Shown here in pieces: positions 13,901 through 26,549 of a stretch of 64,000 nt of DNA. The notes beneath the pieces are model-generated. The model saw nothing but the letters and a program-made list of their open reading frames with translations, was not told where the DNA came from and made no database searches. The stretch lies in assembly GCA_000320545.1 (NCBI GenBank), contig ADNK01000483.1, positions 1 to 64,000 of the forward strand. The letters run 5' to 3'. Made by a program: the position numbers and the translations under genes. Positions within the stretch are counted from its first letter, which is position 1. The number at the start of each line of letters is the position of its first letter. The stretch comes from Bigelowiella natans CCMP2755 (taxonomy: Eukaryota; Protista; Cercozoa).

Positions 13901-14727
13901 GACTTCCCCCCCACCCCCTCACCCCTTCCCTCCACCCACACATAACAAACACAAACGCAAGTACGAACATGCGCAAGGTTATTCAGAGAGAATATGGAGA
14001 AAGCAAATAATCCCATCGTTCTACTATTTGTGTGTTGTTCCAGTACTCGCAACAACCCCCACCAGCATCTCATGCTGCTCCCGCTTCTGACCGAGAATCA
14101 TCTCGTGGATCTCGCCCAAGAAAGCGACAGTCAAGATGGGGTCCCACCAAGGACGAAATCGAGAAGAAGAAGAGGACAACCGAAATCGAGATAGTTCAGA
14201 GGAGGAGAGAATCACAAAAGCGAAGGAGAGAACAAAAGAGTGATATCGACGATTTAACAAATCTGGATGATTTCAACTTCGGCACGGATTTTGGATCCAA
14301 CGCCCATTTGCTCCAAGATGGATTTCGTGATGGCAAGGAGCAAGCTCAAATTGCGAAAAAGGAGCATTCGAAAACACTTGGCGATAAAAAGGAGTGGTGT
14401 CACAAAACTGCAATCCGGGCGTTCTTGGGTTTTGAGCCCACCGACATTGACAAAGCGTACGATTACAGAGAGATTCGAAACTGGAGACAAAGCAATCCAA
14501 ACCACAAGGAGGAATGCAGCGAAACGGAAATTGAAGAGGTAGTGAATTTTAGCCTGAGACTGTAACAATCACCGACCAAGTTAACTATTTGTTAGGAGGA
14601 TAAGGAATTCAAAGCAAAGATGGAGAAAAGAAGGCAGGATAAGAAGATGGAAAGGCGAAGGAGCCAACGTGACAGGGAGAATAAAGAACGTCATTCAGGC
14701 AAGCTTAAGAGGCAACGCTCACAGTGA
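10955..14727 (+). CDS. PWWP-domain protein with K/E-rich coiled regions and RDRSP repeats (multi-exon)
   Basis: Spliced N-terminus MPKTK|SNKWSVGTVVLDGRGKWPAM|VWDESLLDEEVLKKKGK|GNKIPIRYIGENRQFGWVPQKRIGKFDDNK|VPKNKRIAFEHARRLL fits the PWWP fold (VGxxV...WPAxV...VxFxGxxxxWV...F...AxxxA). Stop TGA 14725-14727. Confidence 0.7.
13568..13665 (+). repeat. 21-bp coding tandem repeat (4 copies plus a partial) encoding RRDRSP(Q/P/L)
   Basis: cgtagagatcgttcaccgcaa / ...gcca / cgtagggatcgttcaccgcta / cgtaggaatcgttcaccgcta. Confidence 0.9.
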
Positions 14728-15588
14728 AAAATCAAGACAAACGAATTGCACGAAGTATTGGTTATGCTAGTATGGGTCAACGTAGCATGCAATAACCACT
14801 GCGTTAGTTTGCCTTTTCGACCATAGAGGACTATTCGTTGCGTCACTTCGCAAGCTGTGCTTCGGTTCATTTTTTTCGTCACTTACATGCGATAGGCGCT
14901 GTTACATTTGTCATGGTATCTGCTGCATTACAACAGCACCCGAGTATTACATGCCTCGAATGTGTTCTGCTTCAGCGAAAACGTTAAGCAACTTTCACTC
15001 AGCTATAGCAGTATCAGCGTATATATGGAATGTGGCAAGCAGCAAGTTGCAAGCACACCACGGCGTCATCACAAAACCTCCAAATAATAGCGAACGCGAA
15101 GCTCAGCGCGTCATGCAGTTGAACATAGCATCGCATCGGGGTGGCGCTCCAGGCCGCACGGGCAGAATCGAAGTCACCATCACAATCGTGTGCATCATGC
15201 GCCATGGCGTTTAAGTAAGACCAAGCTATACGCAACAGCGATTGCACGCGATGTAAATCTGGTATCATATCTGTGGCGGTCGGTAGCAGCTATTTATTCG
15301 ATCGGCTATGCGTGCACGGTAGCAGGCGTCAGAATCATCCGTCGAGTTCATGGTATGCCCACGAGAACTGACCCGTGATGACCTGTGCGTTGCACTTCTA
15401 ATGGCTATATGAGATGGGTGTAATGAAGGATTAAATTCTTTCAATTGTCATCCTAACTAGCTAATGTAGCTGTGCAATGCCATAAATAGCAGTAGCACGA
15501 TGAGTATGAGTATTTGTGCTATCTACGAATAAGGTGCTTTTACGCATAGTAAAACAGCGATTTGTCGATAGATTAGCGCCAACGTATA

Positions 15589-17595
15589 TCATAATTTTGA
15601 ACCTGGAGGTAAGGCTGCTGGACATCTTACATCGATCATTTTCCTTAAAGCAAAGTGCATTCCCCTCGTTTTCCATTTCGATGGGCATGCAACATTACCG
15701 TGCTTACTCAAGTGCGCATCGAGCTTCCGTGACAGGATGTGCATAGTCTTTGGACGAGCAGAATGAAAGAATGACATGCATCCTATGAAATCTTCATCTA
15801 AATTTTCAGCAAACTCGTACTGCTTTTGGATCAATCTAGAGTCTGTCGTGTGTCCGTCAACATTGGTGATGTAGTCGCTCATGTTATGTGCAACCTAATG
15901 AACACGATTATTGTTGTAAGTAAACATATCGTTCTCTTACAAATACTAATGTTTGAAGAAGAGCTTACCAGTTCGATTGTCCCAATGCCAAAAGTCCGCA
16001 CTATTTGTCCCAGCCTCCGATCATCCACATCGGAATGCATCCACACGTCGCCTGCTCTCGCTCGCATGGTTCTTATGAAGTACCCGAAGTTCCGAACCCA
16101 TTTTCTAGTGTAGCCTGAAAATATTCCGATTCCCCACACCCGATTTGAGAAGCCTGCGCTAAGTTCCCACTCGGGATCCAAGCACGAGAACCGCTGCTCC
16201 ACCAGCCTTGTGTTCATCCAGGTGTCGTCGTCAGTGCGGACAAAATACGTACACCGCGATGCCCAGACCGAGTCGTACGTATCAGATAAATACTCCCAGA
16301 ATTTCATCATTTTTACTGCTATCTTCCCATATCGTCCAACGAACTCTGGATCGTACCCCTTTATGTGCTTCCCGCTAGAATCTCTGTACCTTCGAAAATA
16401 GTATTTACTCAGGTTGAATCGGAAAATCTGGCTGATATTAAATTTAAAGAAAAGTGTAGTTGTTCATGATGTCTGCAATATTTGAGTTGTGCGAAATCGT
16501 TATACGGAAGCTACCCCTTGTACGCGACGTGGATCTCATTCTTATCAAAGTCGATGTAGTTTGTCGTATCGCCTTCTTCTGAAACGATGAAAAAGAATCG
16601 TCCTTCCACACTTTTCGCCCATGTAGTTTTCACGGGCTCATATCTTCCATTACCCAACTTTGTTGGAGAGAAGAAACAAGTGATATTTTTCGCTAGATCT
16701 TTTTCGTCGATGTGCTTATGCTCTGGACGCCTCAGCTCTGGTTTCGGTGCAGTATTACATTTGTTGATTCCCCACCAAGTTCGCGCTTCGGGGGTAGCAT
16801 GGCCATACGAACGAGCGAAATGACTGACGTAATAATACTCAGAAAGTCCTTGGCATGTGCAGTTCCACTTAGAACAATCGATTTTCGCGGGAGGGCGCTT
16901 TTCAGGACTAGTGTGGCACTGGTTCTTCCGCCACCACACCCGCATAGCTTCAGAGGCTGTTCCGTACGAACGTCCATGCCATACGTTGTGTAGGTTCGAA
17001 AGATCTTGGCAGGAACAGTTCCATTGAGAGCACTCTCGAGCTGGCTTTTCGCTGCTTGTCTTATTGAATTCCGAGCGCAGCGAGTCTGATGTCGCCTTTT
17101 GTAGAGGAGCTCTTCCCTCACCAACATCTTTGCTCCTACGCTTTTCTTCCTCGTGCACGTTCTGCTTCAAACATATTATTTCCAGTTTATTCTCAATTTT
17201 TTGTTCCGAGAGATGGAAACGCTGCAAGGTGCACATGAGTGTTCTCATCTTCGAAAGTGAAAAGACTTTCGCCAATTCGCGATAAGGAGAATCACCTGCT
17301 CAGGCGGTGAGGGAGTCGAGGGAGCTGAGTAGTAATCTAGAGAACCTAAAAGCATATAGTAAGAGAGATATATGTCCATGTACACCTTCGGGTATTATTA
17401 TATCCTTCCGACCCTCTATTATTCTGACGGGCTCTGCAGCACTCTGGTTTGTGTCCCAAAGAAGGAGGACCGCAAGACATATAGCAGCAACGAGAGGAAG
17501 AATTTGGGATCCAACCTAGGAATTCATAAGCCATGAGCGTATATTATCTGCTTAATAATAAGGTTATCCTCGATAGAGTGGAGCATCACTTTCAT
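15589..17595 (-). CDS. GT31 (beta-1,3-glycosyltransferase/fringe-like) type II membrane protein with two Cys/Trp repeats in the stem
   Basis: N-terminal hydrophobic segment (MK|VGSQILPLVAAICLAVLLLW), then VKTTWAK and YFVRTDDDTWMN (GT31 DDD motif) and DVDDRRLGQIVRTFGI. The last exon is ORF 15589-15882. The start is inferred. Confidence 0.75.
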
Positions 17596-18296
17596 TTCCT
17601 TCAAGATGTGAGGAGATGCCAACGATCTCAGGACAGTCCTGTCTCATGGTTGCTTGGCATTGTTGAGCTAGATTCGAACCAGTGAACGGCCATTACTCTC
17701 TCTCTCCTCTCTTTCTCGAATAAGCTCCCTTCCAGAAGCTCACTTGGCTCCTCGCTTTCTTCCCAGAGCCCAAGGCTGACGGTTGTGTGTGCCCCCCGAC
17801 CGACGGGTTCTGTCGTTTCCGGGTTAGACGAACAACGTTTTTATTCTAAAAATGCTCAATTCCATAGGTTTTTAATTAAAACCCCATGCAATTATGAAAT
17901 TAACGTTACGTCGTATATAATCCCCTGCGCTTTTGTTGATATAGAAAGAGATTGTCCCGTCGCAAAGCGGAATATTCGAAGGATATTGTCGCAGAGGACA
18001 ACCAGAAGGAATTTACGAAGTTATTCTACTTAGCTTTCCCAACAAGAGAGTGTTCTTGAATCAAATTAGAAATCCAGGCAATAATATGTAATTGATTCTT
18101 ATATAGTCTGTCGTAAGGAGTATAGGAGTTGTATTGAGGTATAGAAAGCACATAGGATATCTGAAAATTATTTCTATGAAAATTTGTCGGTCGCCACTGA
18201 CAGTTTCGAACTGAAAGCTTATCGGGTTTCTCCCCCTCCAAAACTCGTCCGTTGTGCCACAGAGCTACAGCATCGCTAAGAATGGTAGATGATCTC

Positions 18297-20190
18297 ATGG
18301 CAACGCTGAATTTAACTTGGAATTTCTAATACTATCTGTGTCACAAAATCTAGTCCAAGAATACCAACTGCAAGAACGCCATTAAAGAATGGGTATGTAG
18401 GCAAGAAACTAATTGTTTTGTGGGGATTGGTCTTTATATTGAGTTACAGAGTAAAGTAAAGTGACATAGTGCGATTTCATATTTATCAGCACTTTCGATA
18501 GAATCTGCCTTATTTCACATGATTTTATTTGGCCAGAAGGTCTCTAAACCACGATTGTACGCGTATTAACTGTAGATGAAAAGGGAGAAGGCGATGGCAG
18601 AGATGAAAGCTAAGGAATGGGCAGAAAAAAAGGAAGCAGGAGCACCTGATGAAGATATGCCAGTTGACGCAGGTAACGATTTTATAATGTGCTAACATTT
18701 AAGCGTTTAAAAAATAGCACAGCAGCTCTCATCAAATATCATAAATGTAGATGGACAGCTGCACAATCCCGACGGATCAGTATTTACCGGGCCGAAAGAT
18801 GCGAAGGTGCACATTAGTTTTCTCGGAATATATGATCTTTTTTAATAAGGAAACCATGTGTTGATCAACCAGCCTTATTTACGCTTTCTCGTCAGAAAAT
18901 TACACTCATAGGGATGATCCCACCGATTGCTAAAATGGACAAACAGCTAAATGACCTCCCACTTTGCGAGTATGTTCAATGAAACCACACATGACATGCA
19001 GAAGATGGTATGTGTTCGACATTAGTGTAAAGATTTTTTATGGTTTAAATCCAGACACCTAGGACTATCGACAAACAACATAGGGACCATCGGAAACCTA
19101 AGTACACAATTTCTGGGAATCAAAAATGTATATATTCATTCAAAACCTTATTGACAAATGGTTCAAATGCAGAGGAGCTCCGAAACCTGAAGACTCTCTC
19201 TCTGAGCCGGAACGTTATAAAGGTTGTCTGATACATGAGAGAAAATGGCATGCGGAAATATTCATCACTGGATGATTTATTCCGCGATAGGCTCTCAAGA
19301 ACTTGGATCCCCTTGCTGACACCCTCGAGCAACTATGGCTGTCATACAATCTGGTACTGTTCCTTCACAACGTTATCACTAGTAATGCTGAGGTACACAA
19401 GTCTTTCACTAATCCTTGTTCCCCCATCATTTCTTTCCACAGCTTGAGAAATTGGATGGCCTTTCGAAGCTCCGAAAGTTGAGAATTCTGTACGTCGCGA
19501 ACAACAAAATTGCTGATTTCGCCGAGGTCGATTACGATAAGGTTTTCTTCGTATAGTGAATTCACATTTGCTCTGCTACTCTTTAGTTTGCAAAGTTAAA
19601 GGAAAATACAAATTTGGAGGAGCTTGTGGCCATTGGCAATCCTTGCTACCTCGTCAGGAAACCTAGACAATTTTATATAATCTGATCTAGTTTCAAAAAA
19701 TAAACTTTGCTCTATATGAAGAGAAAAATATATTTTAGATTTTATATAGCTGTGAAATTTCACGGTCGTCTCATTTTCTCTCTAATAAGCAATCTTATCT
19801 CCCTTTCCTCTGTGATACAGACGTATATAACCCACTAACGAAAATTAAAGAAGCAAATTCGATCTATTTTTCTATTCCGTATCCAACATCCGAAATAAAA
19901 GCTGTTTTTTGGGTAATCGACAGGCATCAGATGCTAAAACGGCAAGAGCCACAGTACGACTTCTTCGTATTTTATCACCTCCTTAATTTGACATAGTGTA
20001 TTTGTTCCATCAGATCATCCGTGCAATACCTAGTCTTAAAATGTTGGATGGAACACGCATTGAGCTTAGCGAAAGAGAAGAGGTCGTACAATAGTTGCTT
20101 TACTCTTGACAGAAATCATATTAATAACCGTTCTTCAAGAGTCTCACTCACATGTGTGCAAATTCTCAGGCTGAAGAGAAAAAAGAGTAA
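18297..20190 (+). CDS. DNAL1: Axonemal outer-arm dynein light chain 1 (LRR), multi-exon, with an N-terminal insertion
   Basis: M|SKNTNCKNAIKEW ... LIGMIPPIAKMDKQLNDLPLCE|HLGLSTNNIGTIGNL|KELRNLKTLSLSRNVIK|ALKNLDPLADTLEQLWLSYNL|LEKLDGL...LYVANNKI...GNP...IIRAIPSLKMLDG. Matches LC1 motifs (IPPIEKMD, LALSTNNIEKI, LEELWISYNQI, LPNLKKLDG). Confidence 0.88.
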
Positions 20191-21649
20191 TTGTAATCCT
20201 GATGAATGGATCATCTTTGTGCCAAACTGCTGAATTATTCACATAATTGCTATCTCCAACAATGCTCGCTGCGGCAAAGTACAAAGTTCTGTCTGAGGCC
20301 GCACGTGCCAATCTTTTTGAGTACTGGGTTATGGGAGGATGGTGCTAGTTAATACTTCATTGGCACGTAGAAAATCACTAGATCAATCTAAATGCCGATG
20401 CGTTGTCTTCACAATGGTTATCAAAATAAAATATTTTGTCTTATTTGGTGTACTCTAACACCATGTTTGACACAGAAAGATCAACACATGTGCATGCAGT
20501 ACTAGACTAGTGCATTTGCAATTGCTGTCGCTGGCTTGTTTTTGTGCACTTTTTTGTCGTGCAATTCTAGAATTGTATTGTTGCATCATTGTCGATCGTA
20601 CGCAGATTGACGAGTAGGCATGCTAGCATGGCTCAGTAGCGTCTAAAGCGTTACGCATGACTGATCAACCGTTGCTCATTGGTTCGATTTGTTGCTGAAT
20701 CAAAGCAACGCTGCTAGAACATGATCACGACGACATGCGCGGATTGAAGCTGCCTTGCGCGAATATACGAACCATGCATGCTAACATGTGCGAAGGATTC
20801 ACGTGCGCACTGCAGCATCACAAGCCAGCTAGAAAGCGATTGTAGAGCGCACAGCTCTAGAGCTAGCTAGATAGACAGCTATGTCTAGATGTGTGTGATG
20901 GCACACAAGTGATGGCAATGAAATTGTTGCAACGGCCAATAGCGGCATGGTGTTCTACTGAGCACACCCATCTAGCCATCTAGCCATCGCAAAGCGATGC
21001 TGCTGCATTATACCTATACCCACTCTAGCACTGCATTGCAATCATGCAGTGTTATAGTTCTGCTGTGTAATGTTGTGTCACATTGTTGCACTTGCAATTC
21101 ACAGGGGGCTTGTATTCAAGGGAGGGGGTTGCACATATGCAAGTGTCATGCTAGTATGTGCGTGATGCTATAATGCATGGCACAGCATGTCCTGCATATA
21201 TGCATCCAATTTATAAATTGCATGAAACACATCGTAGCTGAGACTAACAGATTCAAAATTAGCGCTGTATACGTAGCCGCTGCATTGCACAGCTACATAA
21301 GGATAACATGACTATCGTATTGAACAAATTTAATTGATTAATTACATCCGTCTCATGTTGCATGTGCACAAAAAAGTTTGCTTTTTAAGAACCCCACAAG
21401 CCCCACGATGTGCGACTACGATGTGCCGTGCGCAATGCGAAGCAACATGCGGTGCTAATAATGCGAAGCGATACTCCTGTATTATGCTACTGTAGTTTTA
21501 TGCTGTATTGTATTATATTATTATACTGGGTGTGCTCAGCACACCATCCCGCCATTGACGGTTATAATAATTATATTATTATTACTTACACATCACACAC
21601 GCTATCTAGCTAATCAATTGCTGCGGGAATTGAGGCTGCACAAATAGCG

Positions 21650-21688
<39 letters not shown>

Positions 21689-21793
21689 ATCCATGCTATG
21701 TGTGTTCAGTCATTCTCCACCGTCATCATATATTTTGATTCATGTTCTCTTCGTTACCTTCAAAATCATGTAAGACTTATGTTCAAGGCCAGA

Positions 21794-23555
21794 CTAACAG
21801 TTATCCGACCGACGGTTGTTTTCGAATGGTGCACAGCTAGTAAATCCAGTTTTGAGTCTCGAAACGCAAAATTTCTTCATGAAATCACTTTTCTTGCTCA
21901 AGAGATGGCTTTCAACAATAGGATAGAGCCGATTCATGAGCCGAGCTAGAAGAACCTTTCTGTCGCAAGTTACAAGCTTGTTGCTGCATGCATTCTCATC
22001 CCACGGCTTTCCATGACCGCAATAATGCTGAGAATAGTAGTTGGAGTATAAAGTCAGGAATCGAAAATTTTAATTAACAGGTATACATTTCTTTGAAAAG
22101 CATTGGCTCACCCTAATTCCTGGGCCACGATCCCCAAATTTTGGGTCGACGAATTTGATTGGATCGCCCTAACCACAAAGCGTTTGGAGGAGTCGGGACA
22201 TAGCGATCAAGGACAAGAGTCTCTTCATATTTATCAACTAGTTAGTCGAGATATCTACGCCGACTCACCTTGTAATCCAGCTTCTCTTGCACAATTTTCA
22301 TTGCCTTCCCGCCAGTTGCGTAGTATCCGTGCAACTTTACAGCGAAAACGTGGAATAGCAGACCCTAGATTCAACATGAAAGATGAGCATGACCAGACAT
22401 TGTTCCTGACAGCTATGTTGGAATACCTGGTCAAGCTGCGACCCGGTGAAATCCCAATCTCCTGGGTGAAGCTGAAGAAGCATATATCGAACTTGTGAGT
22501 TTGGGTTTCAAAAATGAAGATCTTCTCGGGGACATTACCTTTGGCGAATGATCACCATATATCTCTGAAATCTGTGGAACAACTTGACCTGCGTTTCCCC
22601 AACCATATTTATTTGTAAAGCCTCCTCGCATATCTTCAAGCCATAACCCTAGAGCTTTCATAGTCGGCCGCATCAGCCAATGCCCTGCATTCAATGGAGA
22701 GGCTGCTCCGATCCTTGCCATCATCATGATCTTAGGATTCTTCACGAAATAGTCTATTTCTTCCTCCAAATCCGAAGTAGACTCGATGAAAATATCCACA
22801 TCGTTGTGAACGATTACGTCATATTCTGTTAGTGAAGCAGCCCCGAGTTTCAATGACTCAACGAGCATCATCCTATGAAATCTATTGAAGTGTTTTCCGT
22901 CGAAAGGGGCATGCTCACAGACTTCGTGAGTCAGTCGGTTCTCTATTATCCTGGATGGAGACACGTTTAGGTATCCGTGGCAAGCCATTCTCTTTATGCT
23001 CGGATGCAGTTTCAAAGTCCTAGCGCCGAGTCTATGAATTAAATTCAAGATCTGCTCATTCAGTGTCTCGTCATGCATTACAACAACGTCCAAGACGTAG
23101 TCTTCCTTCATCTCTTTCGCCAAAACCTCAGCGTGCCACATCAAATTTGACATGAGCCCACAGATGAAGGCACATCCTCGGACGTCGTCTCCTTGGATCT
23201 CCGGGCAGGCAGTACCAACTCGTTTAGTGATATCTTCCTGCAGAAGTCCCGCAAGCATAACCAAAGCCACGCACTTCTTGCCTTTATCGTGAGTGCAGTG
23301 CGATGCACCTTGAGCATAGTTCAAGGAGACATTGAATTCTTCAGATAAACCTTGAAGGGTGTATTCGTTTGGGTCTTCAAAATTAAGCGAAAGACCAAAA
23401 TATTCAGATCCTTGCAGATTTCCACTCCAGAACCCGTTCCCAACTTCAGCCTCTAGAAGGCTTGTGTGGGCTTCATTGATTGATTGATGATTGGAAGACT
23501 TCCACATCCCCGCCACCGAAGGCACCAAAATCCATACGAGCGCAAGAGGGGCCAT
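21794..23555 (-). CDS. GT8-family (glycogenin/xylosyl/glucuronyltransferase-like) secretory glycosyltransferase, 5 exons
   Basis: Signal peptide MAPLALVWILVPSVAG; LKL..SLTEYDVIVHNDVD (DxD); PLNAGHWLMRP; spliced WDFTGSQLDQ|GLLFHVF and GIR|HYCGHGKPW (GT8 DQG and HxxGxxKPW motifs). Stop TAG 21796-21794. Confidence 0.82.
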
Positions 23556-24532
23556 CGCTGCCACGCCAGGCAATTTTTTTTGGAAAATTCAACATTTCCT
23601 GTCCACAGAGCAAAAAATACATTTTTTGTGCTGCTGGACTCACCTTCTGTAGCGTCAAATGAATACCAAATCGCAATTCTTCTGATGCACAAGTGCAGCA
23701 AGAACAAAGCTTCGAGCACCGATTGCACACATTTACCAGTTGTTTTTCCGTACGTGTAAGGTTTGTGCACTACATGTCTGATGCTGCAACAACGTGGTGT
23801 GGGTTTTGAAGAAGCTGCCTTGAAAAAGCTATAAATGCATGCGGTATACTATGTGCGACATAATCTACAATGCATAAGCCCACAGCTTTTACCGTATGAC
23901 GACATGTAATGAAGAGAATTTTTCCGTAGTTATGCACATCAAACGCAACATCAAATTCCAATCGAGTGTTCTTAGAGGAAATGTGTTTGGTATGATTACA
24001 TGCGACAACTCTTTGGAGCTATTTTTGTCCTAGATTCTGAGACGAAAACAATACGGGGAACTCGAATTAGGTCTGATTTTTGGTAGCCGTTTCCAGCACT
24101 CGCACAAGGAAAACCGCCTCTGATTTCGAATTTTACCACGCAAAAGCCACGCAAAAGCCAGATCGAAAACTCCAGACCTTCACTTCGACTATACCAAACG
24201 GAGGATAATTTTTCACAAAGACATTCCTTTCTCTGGAAGATCTCATAGATTCGCAGTTTTATCAGAACGTGGCCTGGATTCTACTGTTCTGATTCTTCTG
24301 CCCCCTGCCAAGCAAACATCGAATCTCACCAACGTGGTAGAAGGTTGGCTACCACCGGGGAGAGACGCGTGTGATTCAGTTTTCAGAAACGAGATCCTAC
24401 AAATTTAGAACAGAAGTATTGGGTTTTGGAAAGTCACACAGATTGGAAGTGAGGAGGGAGAACAAGAGATACTTGTAAAAGCAGACATCTACGGAGTGAA
24501 CAGTAGCGAATATCATAGCTTGTGAGTTGACC

Positions 24533-25312
24533 ATGGGCTGCTGTACAAGCAAACGTGAGCTGCCAGAGACAAAAGCAGGGAGCAAGAAAAAGGTTCTAGC
24601 CGAAAAGAAGACTCCGAAAAAAGGCTTAAAGAAGAAACCAACTGTCACCGTTAACACAACTGACGACCTCACAGGACCAGAAACTCCCTTAGAGAATAAA
24701 TGGGCCTCTGATACTCCAAGAACACGTAAAAAGAAAGTTATGCGTCACATCAGAAGTCCATCCCACACCTCTTACACGGCTGGGCTTCGGGACTTTGGAA
24801 TGAAGTGGAAGATTGTTGCAAAGGAGTCCCGTGGGCTTGGTATCCAACCTACAGATGAATTTAAAAAATCTTTCATGGGTTTCCAACTCATGTCGATCGA
24901 CGATCCTACACTCGACTATCTTGTCGCTGAATTCACAGAGAATGATGAAATAAAGGTTCTTAAAGAATTTGATACGCCCTCCAAGTTGGATGAAGACGTG
25001 AAGACATACCTCTCTGAGTTAAACCGTGCCGCACTTATATTCGCAAATATTTCCATTGAAGATGAAACCCATGAGGTTGGAGGTTTTATTTGGGTACCCC
25101 AAGGAAGTTCTGAGGTGGAAATTGAACGCTATTCATCAATGATTTTGAAGACGTATATGAAGCTTTTAACATCTGCGGAACCGGGCATCTGCAAAGAACC
25201 AAGCGACATCTGTATCGAAGCAGCAAAGAAGCGAGCTGAAGAATATGTGGCTGAAAGAGATAAGCTCAACGAGGCTCACGGTGGTATCTACGCTCTTGAA
25301 GAAGAGAAATAG
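24533..25312 (+). CDS. Intronless protein with N-terminal MGCCTS acylation motif and a divergent ADF/cofilin-like domain
   Basis: Open 259-codon ORF. GLGIQPTDEFKKSF..YLVAEF..EIKV..FIWVPQG..RYSS..EPSDICIEAAKKRA aligns by eye with cofilin SGVxVxDExxxxF..YIIFKI..EIVV..FIxWxPD..YAS..DxSELxxExIxxR. Confidence 0.6.
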   Translation: MGCCTSKRELPETKAGSKKKVLAEKKTPKKGLKKKPTVTVNTTDDLTGPETPLENKWASDTPRTRKKKVMRHIRSPSHTSYTAGLRDFGMKWKIVAKESRGLGIQPTDEFKKSFMGFQLMSIDDPTLDYLVAEFTENDEIKVLKEFDTPSKLDEDVKTYLSELNRAALIFANISIEDETHEVGGFIWVPQGSSEVEIERYSSMILKTYMKLLTSAEPGICKEPSDICIEAAKKRAEEYVAERDKLNEAHGGIYALEEEK

Positions 25313-26463
25313 ATAAGCAGAATCCCCAGAGATTCAGCTGCATTTCGCCCTGCAGAGATTGTTTTGAGATGGAATTCTACTGTCAATAGAAACAACTCAC
25401 TTTCAGTGAAAGAGTTCACCTTTCCAGCGGATTATGTGAAGGAATACATAGACGTCCGCTCACACCAGCACACGCATGACACAATTATAGGGGGTCATAT
25501 GTCATATGTCTCCATCTATTTAAGCACAAAAGAGGCAAAACTTCTTACATCAAAATCTAGCGTGCTCATGATGTTGCCAGTCGTCAGATTAGAAGTCACA
25601 AAAGTTCCCGAATTCTGTCCATCAATTGCGCATGATCAAAACCCACCCCACCATGATCGCATCAGCATCAATTGGTCAGAACTAGATGCATGCTTTGGAA
25701 CTTGAACGTGAGAGCGCAATTGCGAAAAGTTCTTGCTGTCGATCACTGCAATATTGCGAACATTTGTTGACGCAGCTATACGCGTGTGTTCCATGAGCAA
25801 TGTTGATCAATGTGTGTGTGTTGCTGTCAGTGCATGTGCGTGCATGGTGCAGTGACAATAAATGCATGACAATGTGCCACACTGGACATGCGCACATGAC
25901 ACGTGTGTTTGACATGTATGTGGCATGCATGTCGATCTAGCTAGTGTACTAGGTGCGTGTGTATGTGCTTTGACATGCTAGCATGCTGGCGGGTGACAAC
26001 CATGCTAGCATGCCCCACATTGCCACGTTTCCCCACCATCGGCGGCAGCAAAAGCTGCGAATGTACGTGCTGCGCAATAACGTGAAAATTTGCCCACTAC
26101 TGCATGACGACCCACGCACTGCGGTGATGATAACCAAATTGCTAGAATGACATGATCGATGAATCACGTGTCTTTTGTGAAAATATAAACAATCTTTGTG
26201 TCACATTTGTGCAAATGGCCATGGCATTTGCCACCATGCTGGTGTGGAAATCGCATGAAAAAATGAGTGCAACAGAAAATGTAAACTCCACGTGAACTGT
26301 GCTCATCGTTGATGTGTGCGATGTTGCGCGTAAGGTGTTCACAGGCCGAGGCGCTACGTGCACAAGTAGGCAGGGGGGGGGAAAGGCACGTTTGCTTCCT
26401 TTTGAAGAGTTGTGTTTATTTTTATTAAAGATTATATTTTTATTAAATCGTGCACTGCGTAAT

Positions 26464-26549
26464 CATTCGCGAAGCTTTCGCGAATGCCGCCGCACGTGGG
26501 GCAGCACACTTCCGGTGTGCTGCCATGAGTCCCGCCGGAACCCACGTGC
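26464..26549. other. GC-rich multi-stem inverted-repeat element (candidate structured RNA or DNA)
   Basis: Perfect stems: cattcgcgaa/ttcgcgaatg (26464-73/26477-86), gcacgtggg/cccacgtgc (26492-500/26541-49), gcagcacac/gtgtgctgc (26501-09/26515-23). Flanks are AT-rich. Confidence 0.5.

Noticed and set aside
24136-24160. 11-bp tandem repeat ccacgcaaaag x2 in the GT8/ADF promoter
   Set aside because: An isolated short duplication not seen in the other promoters.
26519-26545. ctgccatgagtcc...gga resembling a hammerhead core
   Set aside because: Lacks the exact CUGANGA and GAAA core nucleotides; kept only as an unclassified structured element.
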